Shown here: one piece after another, positions 27,077 through 39,600 of the stretch
Layout of the letters: every line of letters begins with the position of its first letter
How positions within the stretch are numbered: position 1 is the stretch's first letter
From: Malacoraja senta
Taxonomy: Eukaryota
Assembly (NCBI GenBank): GCA_038087875.1
Contig: CM075988.1
Span: 17,300,001-17,364,000 of the forward strand
Reading direction: 5' to 3'
DNA: 64,000 bases
Position numbers and translations under genes: made by a program
Notes under the pieces: generated by a model
Database searches by the model: none
What the model saw: only the letters and a program-made list of their open reading frames with translations
Told to the model about the DNA's origin: nothing

Positions 27077-27529
27077 TGTTAAAGAAGGAACTGCAGATGC
27101 TGGAAAATCGAAGGTACACAAAAATGCTGGAGAAACTCAGCGGGTGCAGCAGCATCTATGGAGCGAAGGAAATAGGTAACGTTTCGGGCCGAAACCCTTC
27201 TTCAGACTGATAGGGGGTGGGGAGAAGAAAGGAAAAAAGGAAAAGGAGGAGGAGGAGCCCGAGGGTTGGGGGAGGGGAGGAGACAACCAGATGGCTGATG
27301 AAGGGGAGGGGACAGCCAGGGCTAGCAGAATTGGGAGAATTCAACGTTCAGGCCACCAGGGTGTAGACTGCCCAAGCGGAATATGAGGTGCATTTCCTCC
27401 AATTTACGGTGTTGCTCGCTGTGGCCATGGAGGAGACCCAGGACAGAGAGGTCAGATACGGAATGGGAGGGGGAGTTGAAGTGCTGAGCCACCGGGAGTT
27501 CAGGTTGGTTATTGCGGACCGACTTCTCC
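27077..27529 (-). mobile_element. Penelope-like element 3' fragment: GIY-YIG domain C-terminus, 3' UTR and hammerhead-like core
   Basis: ORF 27322..27534 PVAQHFNSPSHSVSDL...RKLEEMHLIFRLGSLHPGGLN. Core ctgaagaagggtttcggcccgaaacgtt at 27205-27178. Direct repeat agcactgaagaatgtt at 27065-27080 and 27530-27545. Confidence 0.85.
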
Positions 27530-27686
27530 AGCACTGAAGAATGTTTGGCTCAATACAGGAATGTTAATGCCAGGGCATTGGCAAAAGCAAGGCAGTATTA
27601 GTTATCAGGGATGTGAAAGAAATTTCTGTACTTAATCAAACAAATATGATCTTATATTTAAAAGAAAAGCAAATAATGGAACAGGA

Positions 27687-27976
27687 TTTAGTTTAGTTAT
27701 AAAGATACAGTGCAAAAACAGGCCTTTCGACCCACCGAGTCAGTGCCGACCAGCGATCCCCGTACACGAACACTATCCTGCACACACTAGGGACAATTTA
27801 CAATTTTTACCAAGCCAATTAGCCTGCAAACCTGTACGTCTTTGGAGTGTGGGAGTAAACCGGAGCTCCCGGAGAAATCCCACACAGGTCACGGGGAGAA
27901 CGTAAAACTCCGTACAGACAGCACACGTAGTCAGGTTCAAACCCAGGTCTCTGGCGCTGTAGGGCAGCAACTCGCT
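27687..27976 (-). mobile_element. V-SINE (HE1-like)
   Basis: Reverse-complement family copy. Confidence 0.85.
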
Positions 27977-28195
27977 GCTAGGATATAGAAATGAAAATTC
28001 TTGCACAAAGTCTACTCCTTCCAGAAAGCCAATATCCATTTACAAAGTGCTGATATAATTTATATTCTAAAGAAACATAAACCTGCAGCTGATGTATGCG
28101 ACTTGTCTGCAAGGACAAAACCAGTATTTCCACAAATAACTGCCCACATGCAGAAACTCTCCAACAAATGGTAAACAGAACCTTAATTATACCAA

Positions 28196-28634
28196 AGATA
28201 GACACAAAATGCTGGAGTAACTCAGTGGGTCAGGCAGCATTCCTGGAGAAAAGGAACAGGTGGCGTTTCAGGTGGGAACTTTTCCTCAGACTCACAGTCG
28301 GAAGTCTGAGGTCTGGAGTCCAGAGAAGGGTTCCAGCCCAAAATACCACCTATTCCTTTCCTCCAGAGATGCTGCCGTCCCACTGAGTTACTCCAGCATT
28401 TTGTGTCTATCTTTGGTTTAAACTAGCATCTGCAGTTCCTTCCTACACATCTTCCCTCTGTCAGTTGTCTTGGTAGTCAGAGGACACAGCTTCAAGATCA
28501 CTTGGGGTCATAGCATCATAATACACTAAATCAGACCGTTCATCCCATACTGTAATCTTTAAGACCAATCAGCTGCCCCACTCTAAATTGTGTTTATCTC
28601 CAGTATAACCAGCATCTACAGTTCCTTCCTAAAG
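28196..28634. mobile_element. Foldback Penelope-like terminal repeat composite
   Basis: Inverted gacacaaaatgctggagtaactcag...ctgagttactccagcattttgtgtc. Flanked by ttaattat(a/g)ccaa direct repeats (28183-28195 and 28635-28647). Confidence 0.7.
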
Positions 28635-29306
28635 TTAATTATGCCAATGCTTCTTAAACACAGTTAGCAGTGAGATGGATAGCCCAGGTGAAATATAGCT
28701 TCAATTTATCAGCCATTCTCTAAACATGACCCAGGTCTGAGATTATACAAGGAGATCAGATTCTTTAAATAAAAGGAACAACTTCATTCCTCTTCCTGCT
28801 AAATAATTCTGTGTAATCATAAGAATTTATATTTGTCAAAACATAAGAGTCTCTGAGAGGTTATTTTCACCTCTGAGGGGTTGTAAACTTCAGTCTAAAT
28901 TATAACGCACTTAATTAAGAAATTACGGTGAACACTTTAAAATAAATGAAACCTGCAAACAGGTTCTGAACATGGATTCCTACTCATTTGGATTTTGCTC
29001 CCTTTCCATCAAGCTTTTCCCTCCAGATTCCCTGTGATTTACAAGGAAACTGTGCATTAAAAAGGGGCCCTCATTTAAATTGATCTCAGCTTGTCTTCAG
29101 CCCAAATGCAACGTCAATCAGTACCAAATGAACACAGTATACATCTGAAGCAGCCAATGTCAGGTAACACAGTCTTTGGTGCACCTCTGCCATACATTGA
29201 GCAGAGATCTCATCTTTCTTCTCTCTACCTTCCCCAAACCCAGCCACTGTGTGGCCAATGTAGGTGAAATGGTTCAGGTAAAATACAACAGTTATTTTTC
29301 ACATGT

Positions 29307-29726
29307 TCTTCTTAGGCCCCCTTCGGTCGTGGCTGACCATGGGTGTCTCCAGGGTGCTATTCCCTATATGGAGGACGCCTGTGCGTGACTTTGTTTAACG
29401 TGGGGAGACTGGTGCACAGATCCTCGACAGATCTGGGTCAGGATCCAGTGGCATGGAGTCCAAGACGACCGGGGACCCTTTTCTGCTGCAGCCTTCATCC
29501 GCCTTCCCAGCCGTTGTGACGCTCCACTAAGGTCAGCCATCGTCCTCCGCCTGTTCCACCGTTGCGGTCTTGGTTGGATTGCTCTTTGTCAGAGATGTCC
29601 CCCTCGACCTTACCGCCATGGGTGGCCCTACCAGGAGCATAGCTCCAGACGGCATCGCTCTCAGGATCTCAGGTCCACAGAAGCTTCTCCACCACGACAA
29701 GGTGACAATCCACGGAGATGTGGACA
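29307..29726 (-). mobile_element. RTE-clade-derived bipartite non-autonomous element (RTE 5' UTR plus 3' end with GAA tail)
   Basis: The - strand reads caccttgtcgtggtggag...gatgccgtc...gtagggccacccatggcgg...ctgacaaa, like RTE/BovB 5' UTRs, and ends aagaagaa. 8-bp TSD tcacatgt at 29299-29306 and 29727-29734. Confidence 0.65.
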
Positions 29727-31327
29727 TCACATGTACATCATGACTAATAAAAGCATCCACCTGTGGTTACACATTTTATCCTCAGGAACTCACTGCCACT
29801 CTCTAAACTATCTTGCCAAATTCCAGACCTTCCATGTTTAAGGTCATAGGTGATAGGAGTAGAATCAGGCCATTCGGCCCATCACACCGCCATTCAATCA
29901 TGGCTGATCTGTCTCTCCCTCCTAACCCCATTCTCCTGCCTTCTCCCCATAACCACCGGCACCTGTACTAATCAAGAATCTGCCACCTCTGCCTTACATA
30001 TTTTTTTAACATTGTGGTTTAATTGCAATGTTAATATATTAGGGAACATCTTTAAGTGCTTGTATCAAGCGAGGTAAGGATGTTATTGCATTTTGCTAAA
30101 TACTCTTTGAAATTCATGAGCTTGACATTCCACTTGAATGGTAATGTATGTCAATACCACAATGTACTCAGGACAATCCGAATACAATTTGGGACATAGT
30201 CGTACAGCGTGGAAACAGGCCCATCAGCTCAACGAGCCCATGCGACCAACATGCACCATTTACACTAGTGCCACCTGCCTGCATTAGGCCCATATCCCTC
30301 CAAACCCATCCTATCCATGTACCTGTCCAAATGTGTTTTAAACATAGTGATGGTACCTGCCTCAACTATCTCCTCTGGCATGAAAGAGAACACAAAATTG
30401 TCAACCTCACCTCAATTTCTTCACAATATTTGTGGTGTTTGGGAAAAATTAAAGCCGGAGAAGGTAATCTAAGCAGAGACTAGAATAGTGGTTCCCAACC
30501 TTGTTGTTGGGACCCAATCTGAGGTGACATAGATGGTTCATGACCCTACTTGTTATGTGTTGCCTACATCACCAAAAAAAATGTCGGTGTTCAGATGGAA
30601 TCATAGTAACAAAATGGTTGTAAACATACACAAACATATCTTTGCAAAATCAAAGCCACATGTAAACCTCCTCCATCCATTGTCCAGTTATAGTCACCAG
30701 ATAGTGAAACAACCTGACCTATTTGCGGTTAAAATGAACTAATTTTAAACCAGCCAGACATTGAATTAAATAACCACTCATTGCTTAGACTTAGTCACAC
30801 TCCAAAGCCAATTTGCAATTGAACTTTAGAAAATGTTATTTAACTGCAATTCAATTTACAAGGCTTTAATTTTTTTTAACTCTGAGAAGTCGTGCTGTTA
30901 TGACGCAGGCTACAATGAGCCTCTGTGGCAACTACACGTCAGTTAGACCGAGCAGGCAGAATCCAACTCCACATTCAAGCCTTCCAATGACAGCACTTTA
31001 ATCGAGAGATGTGCCCGTTCCAATTTAACAGCTGCATCACCCAACCGGAGGTTCATAATTTGGGAAATAAGCATTCCTTCATATCTCTATTTTGGAAGGA
31101 GATATTGATCATAAAATAAGATTCCCTTACATCGTCAGGCTCAACTTGTAACACTTTCTCCACTGTGTTATAATCAATATGTAGTAGAGACATAAGCCGT
31201 GTCCAAGGCTTCTGTTGCTGTTTGCATGGTCCTAGGAGCAGACTGGTCTGACAGCATAAACCTCTTTGTACCCGAGATGCATTGTGGCCACTGGTGTCAA
31301 CATGATATCCATCTTCAATTAACTTTA

Positions 31328-31630
31328 GGGTGGCATGGTGGTGCAGCGGTAGAGTTGTTGCCTTACATAACCAGAGACCCAGGTTTGATTGTGACTATGG
31401 GTGCTGTCTGTGCGGAGTTTGTACATTCTCCCCATGACTGCATGGGTTTTCCCCGGATGCTCCAGTTTCCTCCCACACTCCAAAGACGTACAGATTTGTA
31501 GGGTAATTGGCTTTGGTAAAAAGTGTAAATTATCCTTAGTGTGTAGGATAGTGTACGGAGATCGCTGGTTGGCGTGGACTCGGTGGGCCGAAGGGCCTGT
31601 TTTCGCACTGCACCTCTAAACTAAACTAAA
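31328..31630 (+). mobile_element. V-SINE (HE1-like)
   Basis: Full-length copy with (CTAAA)n tail. Confidence 0.85.
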
Positions 31631-32915
31631 CCTGCATACTCACATGAAAAATCATACTTTACAAGATTCAGGCAGTTGTTTGAGGCTTTCAGCAAAACAA
31701 GGAGCAGAGACTTTAGTTTTTTTTAATTTAACAAAAGGGGAGATCATATTCTTGTATCAACTACTCTGCTGGAATTCACAAAAGTCTTTAGTTTTTTAAC
31801 AAAAATGGATACAAACTTGGAAACAAAAGATGTATGAATAATGTGATGAAAGGGAGCTTCAGAGAGCTAGCAGGGGTTTAATAGGCTGAATAACCTCCTA
31901 TTGTTACAATTTAGATTTATAGGGGGCAGTAAAATTCATTTTATATACTTTAATTTATTGCATGGTGCTTAGAGAAGTAATTTCCCTCGAGGGTTTACGC
32001 TCTAAACGAGTCCTCTCACTCCATTTATCTCACCCCTGGTTTTTGATTACTTTCTCCTGCTTCTGTTCATTCTTTGGGTGAAGACGTTCCTTCAGATTTT
32101 CCCATTCAAATCGAGACCATCTTATGTTCTGGACTCCCTTGTAACCATTCACAACTTGGGTTGGACTTGAGACATACAGCATGGAAACAGGCCCTTCAGC
32201 TTAACTTGCCCATGCTGACCAACACCCCCCCCCCCCCCCATTTACACTAGATCCACCTGCCTGCATTCGGCCCATATCCCTCTAAACCTATCCTATCCAT
32301 GTACCTGTCCAAATGTTTTTTAAACATTGTGATAGTACATGCCTCAACCATCTCCTCTGGCATGAAAGAAACACAAAATTGTCAACCTCACCTCTCCTCA
32401 CCACTAGGATTATCCTACACACCAGGGACAATATTTACAGAAGCCAATTAACATACAAAGCTGCACTTCTTTGGAGTACTCGACGGAAACCCACACTGTC
32501 ACAGGGAGAACGTACAAACTCCGCACAGAGAGTGCCCATAGTCTGGATCAAACCCAGGTCTCTGGTGCTGTAAGGTAGCGTCATAGTGCCACCCTGGACA
32601 TCCGAACTTAGATTGGACTTCCTCTGGAAATGGATATTATTAAATCATGAGAACATCTTCATTCACAGGAAGTGCAGTCTTTGGCATAATGCCCATTGCC
32701 AACTGCCCTTGAGGCGAGGGAAAGATGACAAATTCCGTTCTCTGAAGGATACAAGGATTTGGATTTTTTCAGCAATCTGATATTTTTAAAGTTACCATAT
32801 TTGTTGAGATTATTTTTTTTATATAGAAGAATCCCCAAAATGGCTTTGATGGGATTTGAAATCATTAATCCAGTTCCCTGGACTGCTTGTCCTGTAATGT
32901 GCTGCAGTATCTAAT

Positions 32916-33565
32916 AAATTCAATTCAATTCCTTTATTGTCATCTAGCAAGCAACAGTTGTGCAGTGCAAAACGAAAAGACGTTTCCCAGGGAATACCGG
33001 AGCATCGCACATGAAGTTTAAAACATTTCACACATAATGACACTAAAAACAATCCAGTCCCTGATGGAACAGTATAAGTTAAAATAGATACAAACAACGT
33101 TAAAATACAGTGAGACCAATCATAAACATGTCCGGGGTGGCTGATTTGAGTGGCCAGTGCCAGTTATTGAAGTGGCCAGTGCCAGTTATTATAGTGTCCG
33201 TGCCAAGCCGCAGAATCAGGTGACTGTGAGTACAGAGTGGCTGTTTAGCAGCCTCACAGCATATGGCAGGAAGCTGTTTAGCAGTCTTGTAGTCCGGGCT
33301 TTGATGCTGCGATATCTCTTGCCTGATGGCAGGAGATCCAGGTGTATGTGGAGGGGGTGCAGTTTGTCCTTAGCAATTTTTGGGGCTTTTTTCCGACAGC
33401 GGCTCAGGAACAGTTCTTGTACCGAGGGTAGGGAGACGCCAATGATCTTCTCTGCTCCCCTCACTACCCTCTGCAGAGCCTTCCTGTCCGAGCAGTTGCA
33501 GTTGGAGTACCACGTATTTAAACAGTACGTGAGTACAGACTCCACCGTACCCCTGTAGAAAGTCC
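32916..33565 (-). mobile_element. Rex1/Babar LINE 3' fragment
   Basis: ORF 33216..33545 ESVLTYCLNTWY...LLPSGKRYRSIKARTTRLLNSFLPYAVRLLN; short tandem tail. Confidence 0.85.
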
Positions 33566-33696
33566 TGAGGATGTTGGTGGGGAGTGAGGATGAAAGTGGG
33601 CAAATTAAAGTTCCACAACCATGCTGTTGTTGGACTAACTGATTGTAATTAGGAGGTAAAGAATGCTGCTAAACTCTCAGCACTCCTAAACCAGCA

Positions 33697-34015
33697 GGGA
33701 CGGCACATCTGGTAGAGCTGCTGGCTTACAACGCCAGATACTCAGGTTCGATCCTGACCTTGGGTGCTGTGTGGAGTTTGCATGTTCCCCTTTTGACTGC
33801 GTGGGTTTCATCTGGGTGCTCCAGTTTCCTCCCACATCCCAGAGATGTGCGGGTTTGTAGGTTAGTTGGCCTCTGTAAATTTTCCCGAATGTATAGGGAG
33901 TGGATGCAAAAATGGGATGGCGTAGACCGTGTGAACGGGTGATCGATGGCCATTGTGGTGGGTTGAAAGGGCTGTTTCCATGCTGTATCTCTAAACTAAA
34001 CCAAATTAAACTAAA
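33697..34015 (+). mobile_element. V-SINE (HE1-like)
   Basis: Head ggtagagctgctggc...ggttcgatcc, V-domain and tail. Confidence 0.85.
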
Positions 34016-36384
34016 CAGGAGGAGGATGAAACTCACCCTATTCAGCAACAGCACTTGTGTGGGCAGGAATAAGCTTGGCCATCTTCCCTTTCCATTCAAT
34101 GTTATTAACCAGTCTACCTATAGAGAATAACCACGTACAAAGTACCAGAGGGGGATTCGAGCTTGACCAGTATTGGGTCCAACCCAGCAATGGAATGCAC
34201 ATGAACAGGTGAACAGGTGAGATCACAGTCAGGTGAGGATCTGCATCTGCAAAATGCAAGACTGATTAGATTTTTGTGATTTAGCTTTTTTGGGGGAGAA
34301 AGATACATTGAATTTCAGAATATACTGGTCAAATCCTAACATACTGGTCAACATCCCAAATAATGTAACAGAATTAGAGGTATTCAGTCTCCATAACCAA
34401 TCAGCCCAAGTACAAATGGTCAGAATGTATATGCTACAATCCCCTAAAGACTTAATGTGGAAGGTTTGGGAATTTTGTGTACGAGAGCAAAATTTGTCGC
34501 AACAAAACTGTCTTATCCCAATGTTGGAGTTAAGTTGCAAATGGCTAATGGGTGAAATTAGTAACAAGTTCACATTTTGTAAAATTCTGGTAACAGCATT
34601 AACTTTCCCAAACTAAACTATGTGTTTGGAGAATCAATGGAGATAGGGATTTTGTCAGATGGCTGCTAATATTGATAACAATGATTCAACCCTCTAGCTA
34701 ATAGAGCATCTGTTTTCAGAACAAATAAGATGATTCCGTGGTTAATGACTTTACAGGAAAGCTGTTGCAGTGTGAACAGGAACGAAATGAATTTTATCCT
34801 GTTTTGTTTGGTCCAACATCTTGTTGGAGGCAAGTGTTGAGGAAGAAAGGTGTTACGGTTAAAGCTAAAATGCTTATGTTCATAGCTCAGTGCCATGTCT
34901 GTTCAACTGATGTCTACATCCCACTTTTGGAGACATTTGCTCACTTCCTTACATCCAGGGTTAGAGAGAGAAATGCAGCATGGAAACGGGTTCTTCAGCC
35001 CAGCAAGTCCATGGACCATTAACCACCCATTTAAACTAATCCTACATCAACCCCATTTTAATCTTACCACACTCCCATCAAATTCCCCCAGATTCTACCA
35101 CTCACCTACACAGTGCAATCCATGTAGAGTGGCCAATTAACCTACCAATCCACAAGTTTATGGGACTTGGGTGGAAACCAGAGCAAACCTGAAGGAATTT
35201 GATGGTGTCATAGGAAGAACATGCAAACTCCACACAGACAGCACCTGTGAGCTGGTCTCTGCAGCTGCAAACTAGTGGTTCCACTAGCCGCACCATGGTG
35301 CCATCCAGTGTCTTATCATCCAGTCTCGCTGACAATGGACTCCCTTATCCATGAACAATGGAAATACGTAAACATTGGAAGGAACAGAAAAATGGCAAAT
35401 ATTTAAGAAAAATTAAAAACATAATGAATTACAAAACATTGACACAAGGAACTGCAGATGCTGGTTTACCCCAAACAAAAGACACCAGAAACGTCACCTA
35501 TCAATGTTCGCCAGAGATGCTGCCTGACCCGCTATGCTACTCCAGCACTTTATAATAAATTACAACATGATGGCACTCTCACAAACACAACCTTTTTAAT
35601 CCTGTGACAAACCATCTGTTAGTGCAGGTAAGACAGGAATATCTACTATATTCCAAATCAGACAAATCATCATTGGAAAATGTGAGATCTAGATGTTAAA
35701 TAAATTAGTATTAAATAATAACACAAATCATAAAGATTATTGGAACAGTAATTAATTATCCATCAATACACACACTTACCCAGGGAAGATTGAACAAGGT
35801 TTGGCACATTTATTCTGCTGCCTCAGTCTTAGGGACCAAGATTCTATCCTGGCCACAGGTGCTGTCTGTGTGAAGTTTGCATTTTCTTCTTTGATCTGAG
35901 TTTCCTCCAGGTGCTCCAGTCTCCTCAAATCCCAAAGATGTGCTGGTTGGTTTATTGGCCAATGTAAAGTCCTGATGAGGATCTCAACCCGAAATGTCGA
36001 CCGTCCTTCTGCCTTCACAGATACTGCTCGACCTGCAGAGATCCTCGGGCAGTTTGTGTTTTGCTCCAGATTCCATCATCTGCAGTCTCTTGCATCTCCG
36101 TTGTAAATTGCTCATCAGTGCGGGTTAATTGCAAAAAGCATCCAAGCAAAGTTGATGGGCTCGTGTGCAAGAAAATAAGTTGCAAGGAAATAGGAGGGAA
36201 ATAAAAAGAGGAAATGGGATTTCTCCACAGGAACCAGACTGGATCCAATGGGCCAATTGACCTCTTTCTGTGTTGTTGAGAATCAAATATGAGGTTTACG
36301 TTATAGCAGGCCGCTGATTCTGAGGGAACAATTCAAATAATACACAAATGTAACCCAAAGTGGTAATTATACAAAATAATGCAA

Positions 36385-36673
36385 GAGGAGGTGCCTCTGA
36401 GCACCTAGGACCCCGGTTCGATCCTGACCTTGGGATGCTCTCTGTGTAGAGTTTGCAATTTCTCCCTGTGACTGCGTGGCTTTGCTCCAATTTCCTCCCA
36501 CAAGACATGCGAGTTTGTAGGTTAATTGGCCTATGTAAAATTGCCCCCAGTGTGTAGGGAGTGGACAAGAAAGTGGGACAACATGGAACTGGTGTGAATG
36601 GGTGATCAATGGTCAGTGTGGACACGATGGGCCAAAGGGCCTGTTTCCATGCTGTATCTCTAAACTGAACTAA
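36385..36673 (+). mobile_element. V-SINE (HE1-like)
   Basis: ggttcgatcctgacc head, V-domain and tail ctgtatctctaaactgaac. Confidence 0.8.
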
Positions 36674-39600
36674 AGGAGACACGTAGTTACTCCGTAACCG
36701 CTAATGTAAAAAGCTCCTCGCCCTACCCAAAGTGATCACGGTCTGTAAAGCCAATGAACTGATGTCAGCATGCAGCACACACAAGACGATTGCTTATCAT
36801 CATCAGAAATAACAGGACATCTACTTCTGAGAAACTACAATATATTTATTATTGGAAAAAAGAAGTGCAGTTATCCGGATCTAAGATCAATTTTCCAGAA
36901 AAAATAAGATGAAAACATTTTGCTTTCCACAAAACAAAAAAAATCTGACAACTTTCGTCGTGTTATCTCCTCCCTTTGCACCAGCCAACAAATAAGCAGA
37001 TAGTACATTTGCACAACTAACTTCAAAGTAATTTTGAACTCTCAAGCTTTTGCTTGCATGTTTGGTATCAATGAACATTAGATTGCCATTTCTGACTTTA
37101 CTAACTTTTGTGTTTTTCTTTAAAAAAAAGAGGTTTTTGAGCATTCTTTCACAAACTTAGTCAGCCTGGGCGAGTTGGGCCAGAGGACCCATTTCCATGC
37201 TGTATGACTATATTAATTAGCTTATCTCTATATACATTTCTTTATCAACTTCTCCCAATGCAAACCGGTGTATTCACATTTACTATCTCGTTTGCTAAAC
37301 ATTGGGCTTGGTACAATAGTGCTAGTCGATTATACAAGTCACGGCTACTCGCTGCTAACAGTCGAATTTGTCATTTCAAATTGTAAACTAGAAACTAAAC
37401 CTTCAACTACTCATCACCAGCAACACATCCATCAACTCCATGCCTCTTTCCTTCATTTTAATTAAATTTTAATTCATTTAAGAGGTATTTCCTACCTGCA
37501 GGTCACAAATATCTGTCAGCCGTAATCTACTGAAATGGTTATGTCAGCATAGCCTCAAATCAGCAGCAACAGTAATGTGGTACTTTTCCCTTGAAAAGCC
37601 ATGGCTGTGAAATCTTGCAGTACCTCAATCCATCAATCTTTACTAAGTAAGGGTAACAGGGTATGGAGCAGAGGCAGGTAAATGGAATTAAGGTATTGAT
37701 CAGCCATGAGCTAAGTGAATGTTAAAACAGGGTCAAGGGGCTAAATGTCATACTCCAGCTCCCATGGCGTTTAATTGAGATTTGTTGTTCCATTTCAATT
37801 CTCATTGATAGCTTCGAATGGAATCGAAACAGTGATGCTTTTTAGAATAATAGACAAGCAAATGCCTAACCCTGTATCTACAATATATATTATCCCTCTT
37901 TTTTAAATCTACTTGAAGGAAGGTTAGTTTCATCAACTCAGTAAGCATTTACCACCCCTACCCCAAATACCTTGTTAAGCCAATTCAGAGGGCATGTGAG
38001 TGAGTCAGTCACTTTGCTGTGTCTGTTGTCACACTGAGGTGCCAGATTCTCTTCCCTGGAGGGCATTTGATGTTTGTGTCAGATGGGAATTCATTACTTT
38101 CCTCACTATTAATGATACTCATCTTTGAATCCCAGGTTTATTTAATTACTTGAATTTAATTTATCAGCTGCTGTGCTGAGACACAAACTCATGACCCCAG
38201 TATATGTGGACTGGTGAGGATCGGGATGAACACATCTAAATCCTGCACTCGATATAAGAAAAAAACAATTACATGGCAACAGTAATTGGTCTTTCCCTAG
38301 TTTTGCAGAACCTCTCTCATCCTTATCTCTCTTTTACTAAAGATGTTTAGTTCAGATTATTATTGTCACGTGTACCACGGTGAAGAAAGGTCCCGACCTC
38401 AAAACGTCACCCATCCATTTTCTCCAGAGATGCTGCCTGACCCACTGAGTTACTCCAGCATTGTGTGTTTATCTTTGGTATAAACCGGCACCTGCCGTTC
38501 TTCTTTGTTACAGTGAAAAACATTTGTTTGCATGCTATCCACTCAAAGGTTGTTCAGCAGTAGTTATGCTTCGAGTTGTACTGATCTGTGCAGTTCTCGG
38601 TAATAATTGCATGCTCCCCATAATATTCACTCTGTCAAGATGGAGGCTGAGGGAGCAGTTTTCCTGCTTTGGGGGTTTAGAACTAGAGCGAATATTCTCC
38701 AGGATTTGATTTGAGAATTAAGTGACAAAAGTTTAGGGGTAACATGAGGGGGAACTTCTTTACTCAGAGAGTGGTAGCTGTGTGGAATGAGCACTCCAGT
38801 GGAAGTGGTGGAGGAAGGTTCGATTTTATCATTTAAAAATAAATTGGATAGGTATATGGACGGGAAAGGAATGGAGGATTATGGTCTGAGTGCAGGTAGA
38901 TGGGACTAGGTGAGAGTAAGTGTTCGGCACGGACTAGAAGGGCCGAGATGGCCTGTTTCCGTGTTGTAATTGTTATATGGTTATATAGTTATACTGGTCG
39001 ACTCAGATTAGGAGGCATGACCTCTCCGAGAAAATTAAAGCATCTGTATATCCTGAAACCCATTGGTCATTTACCAAGTGCACATATTAATTACCTTATC
39101 CCTGCATAGATTCGGTATCAACCACTATTAATGAGAACTGGCATGTTCACATTTATAATTTGTGCAGATATGTATTGCAGGAAACACAGTAGATCAGGCA
39201 ACACCCATGGAAAGAGAAACAGTTAATGCTTCAGTTGTACTTGTGGGAATCCTTTAGCAGAATTTAAAAAGAGAGGAAAAAAAAGATAGTTTGGGGAAGG
39301 TTATGGGTGGAACGATGGATATCTTTCTGACAGGGCGAACATGAAAAACACAAACAAGCACACCATGCTGTCATGACATCCTCTTGATAGAATGTTCCTT
39401 TAGCTTTTATCAGTGACCTTGTTCAACATTGTCATTTGGTTCTATGCTTTGCAAATTGCTGTATTATGCAAGCTGGAGCCCAATTACATCCTTACTTACC
39501 AGCTGTAACTTTCAACATTTTCTCTTCCTCCTTCTTTTTGCCCTTGCTTGGTACGATTCGAAAAAAGGTTCCGTCAATCATCAGCCGAGTTATCTAATCA

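Noticed and set aside
29560..29726. Possible HDV-like or twister ribozyme at the 5' end of the RTE-derived element
   Set aside because: I could not fit either topology by hand; only simple hairpins are evident.
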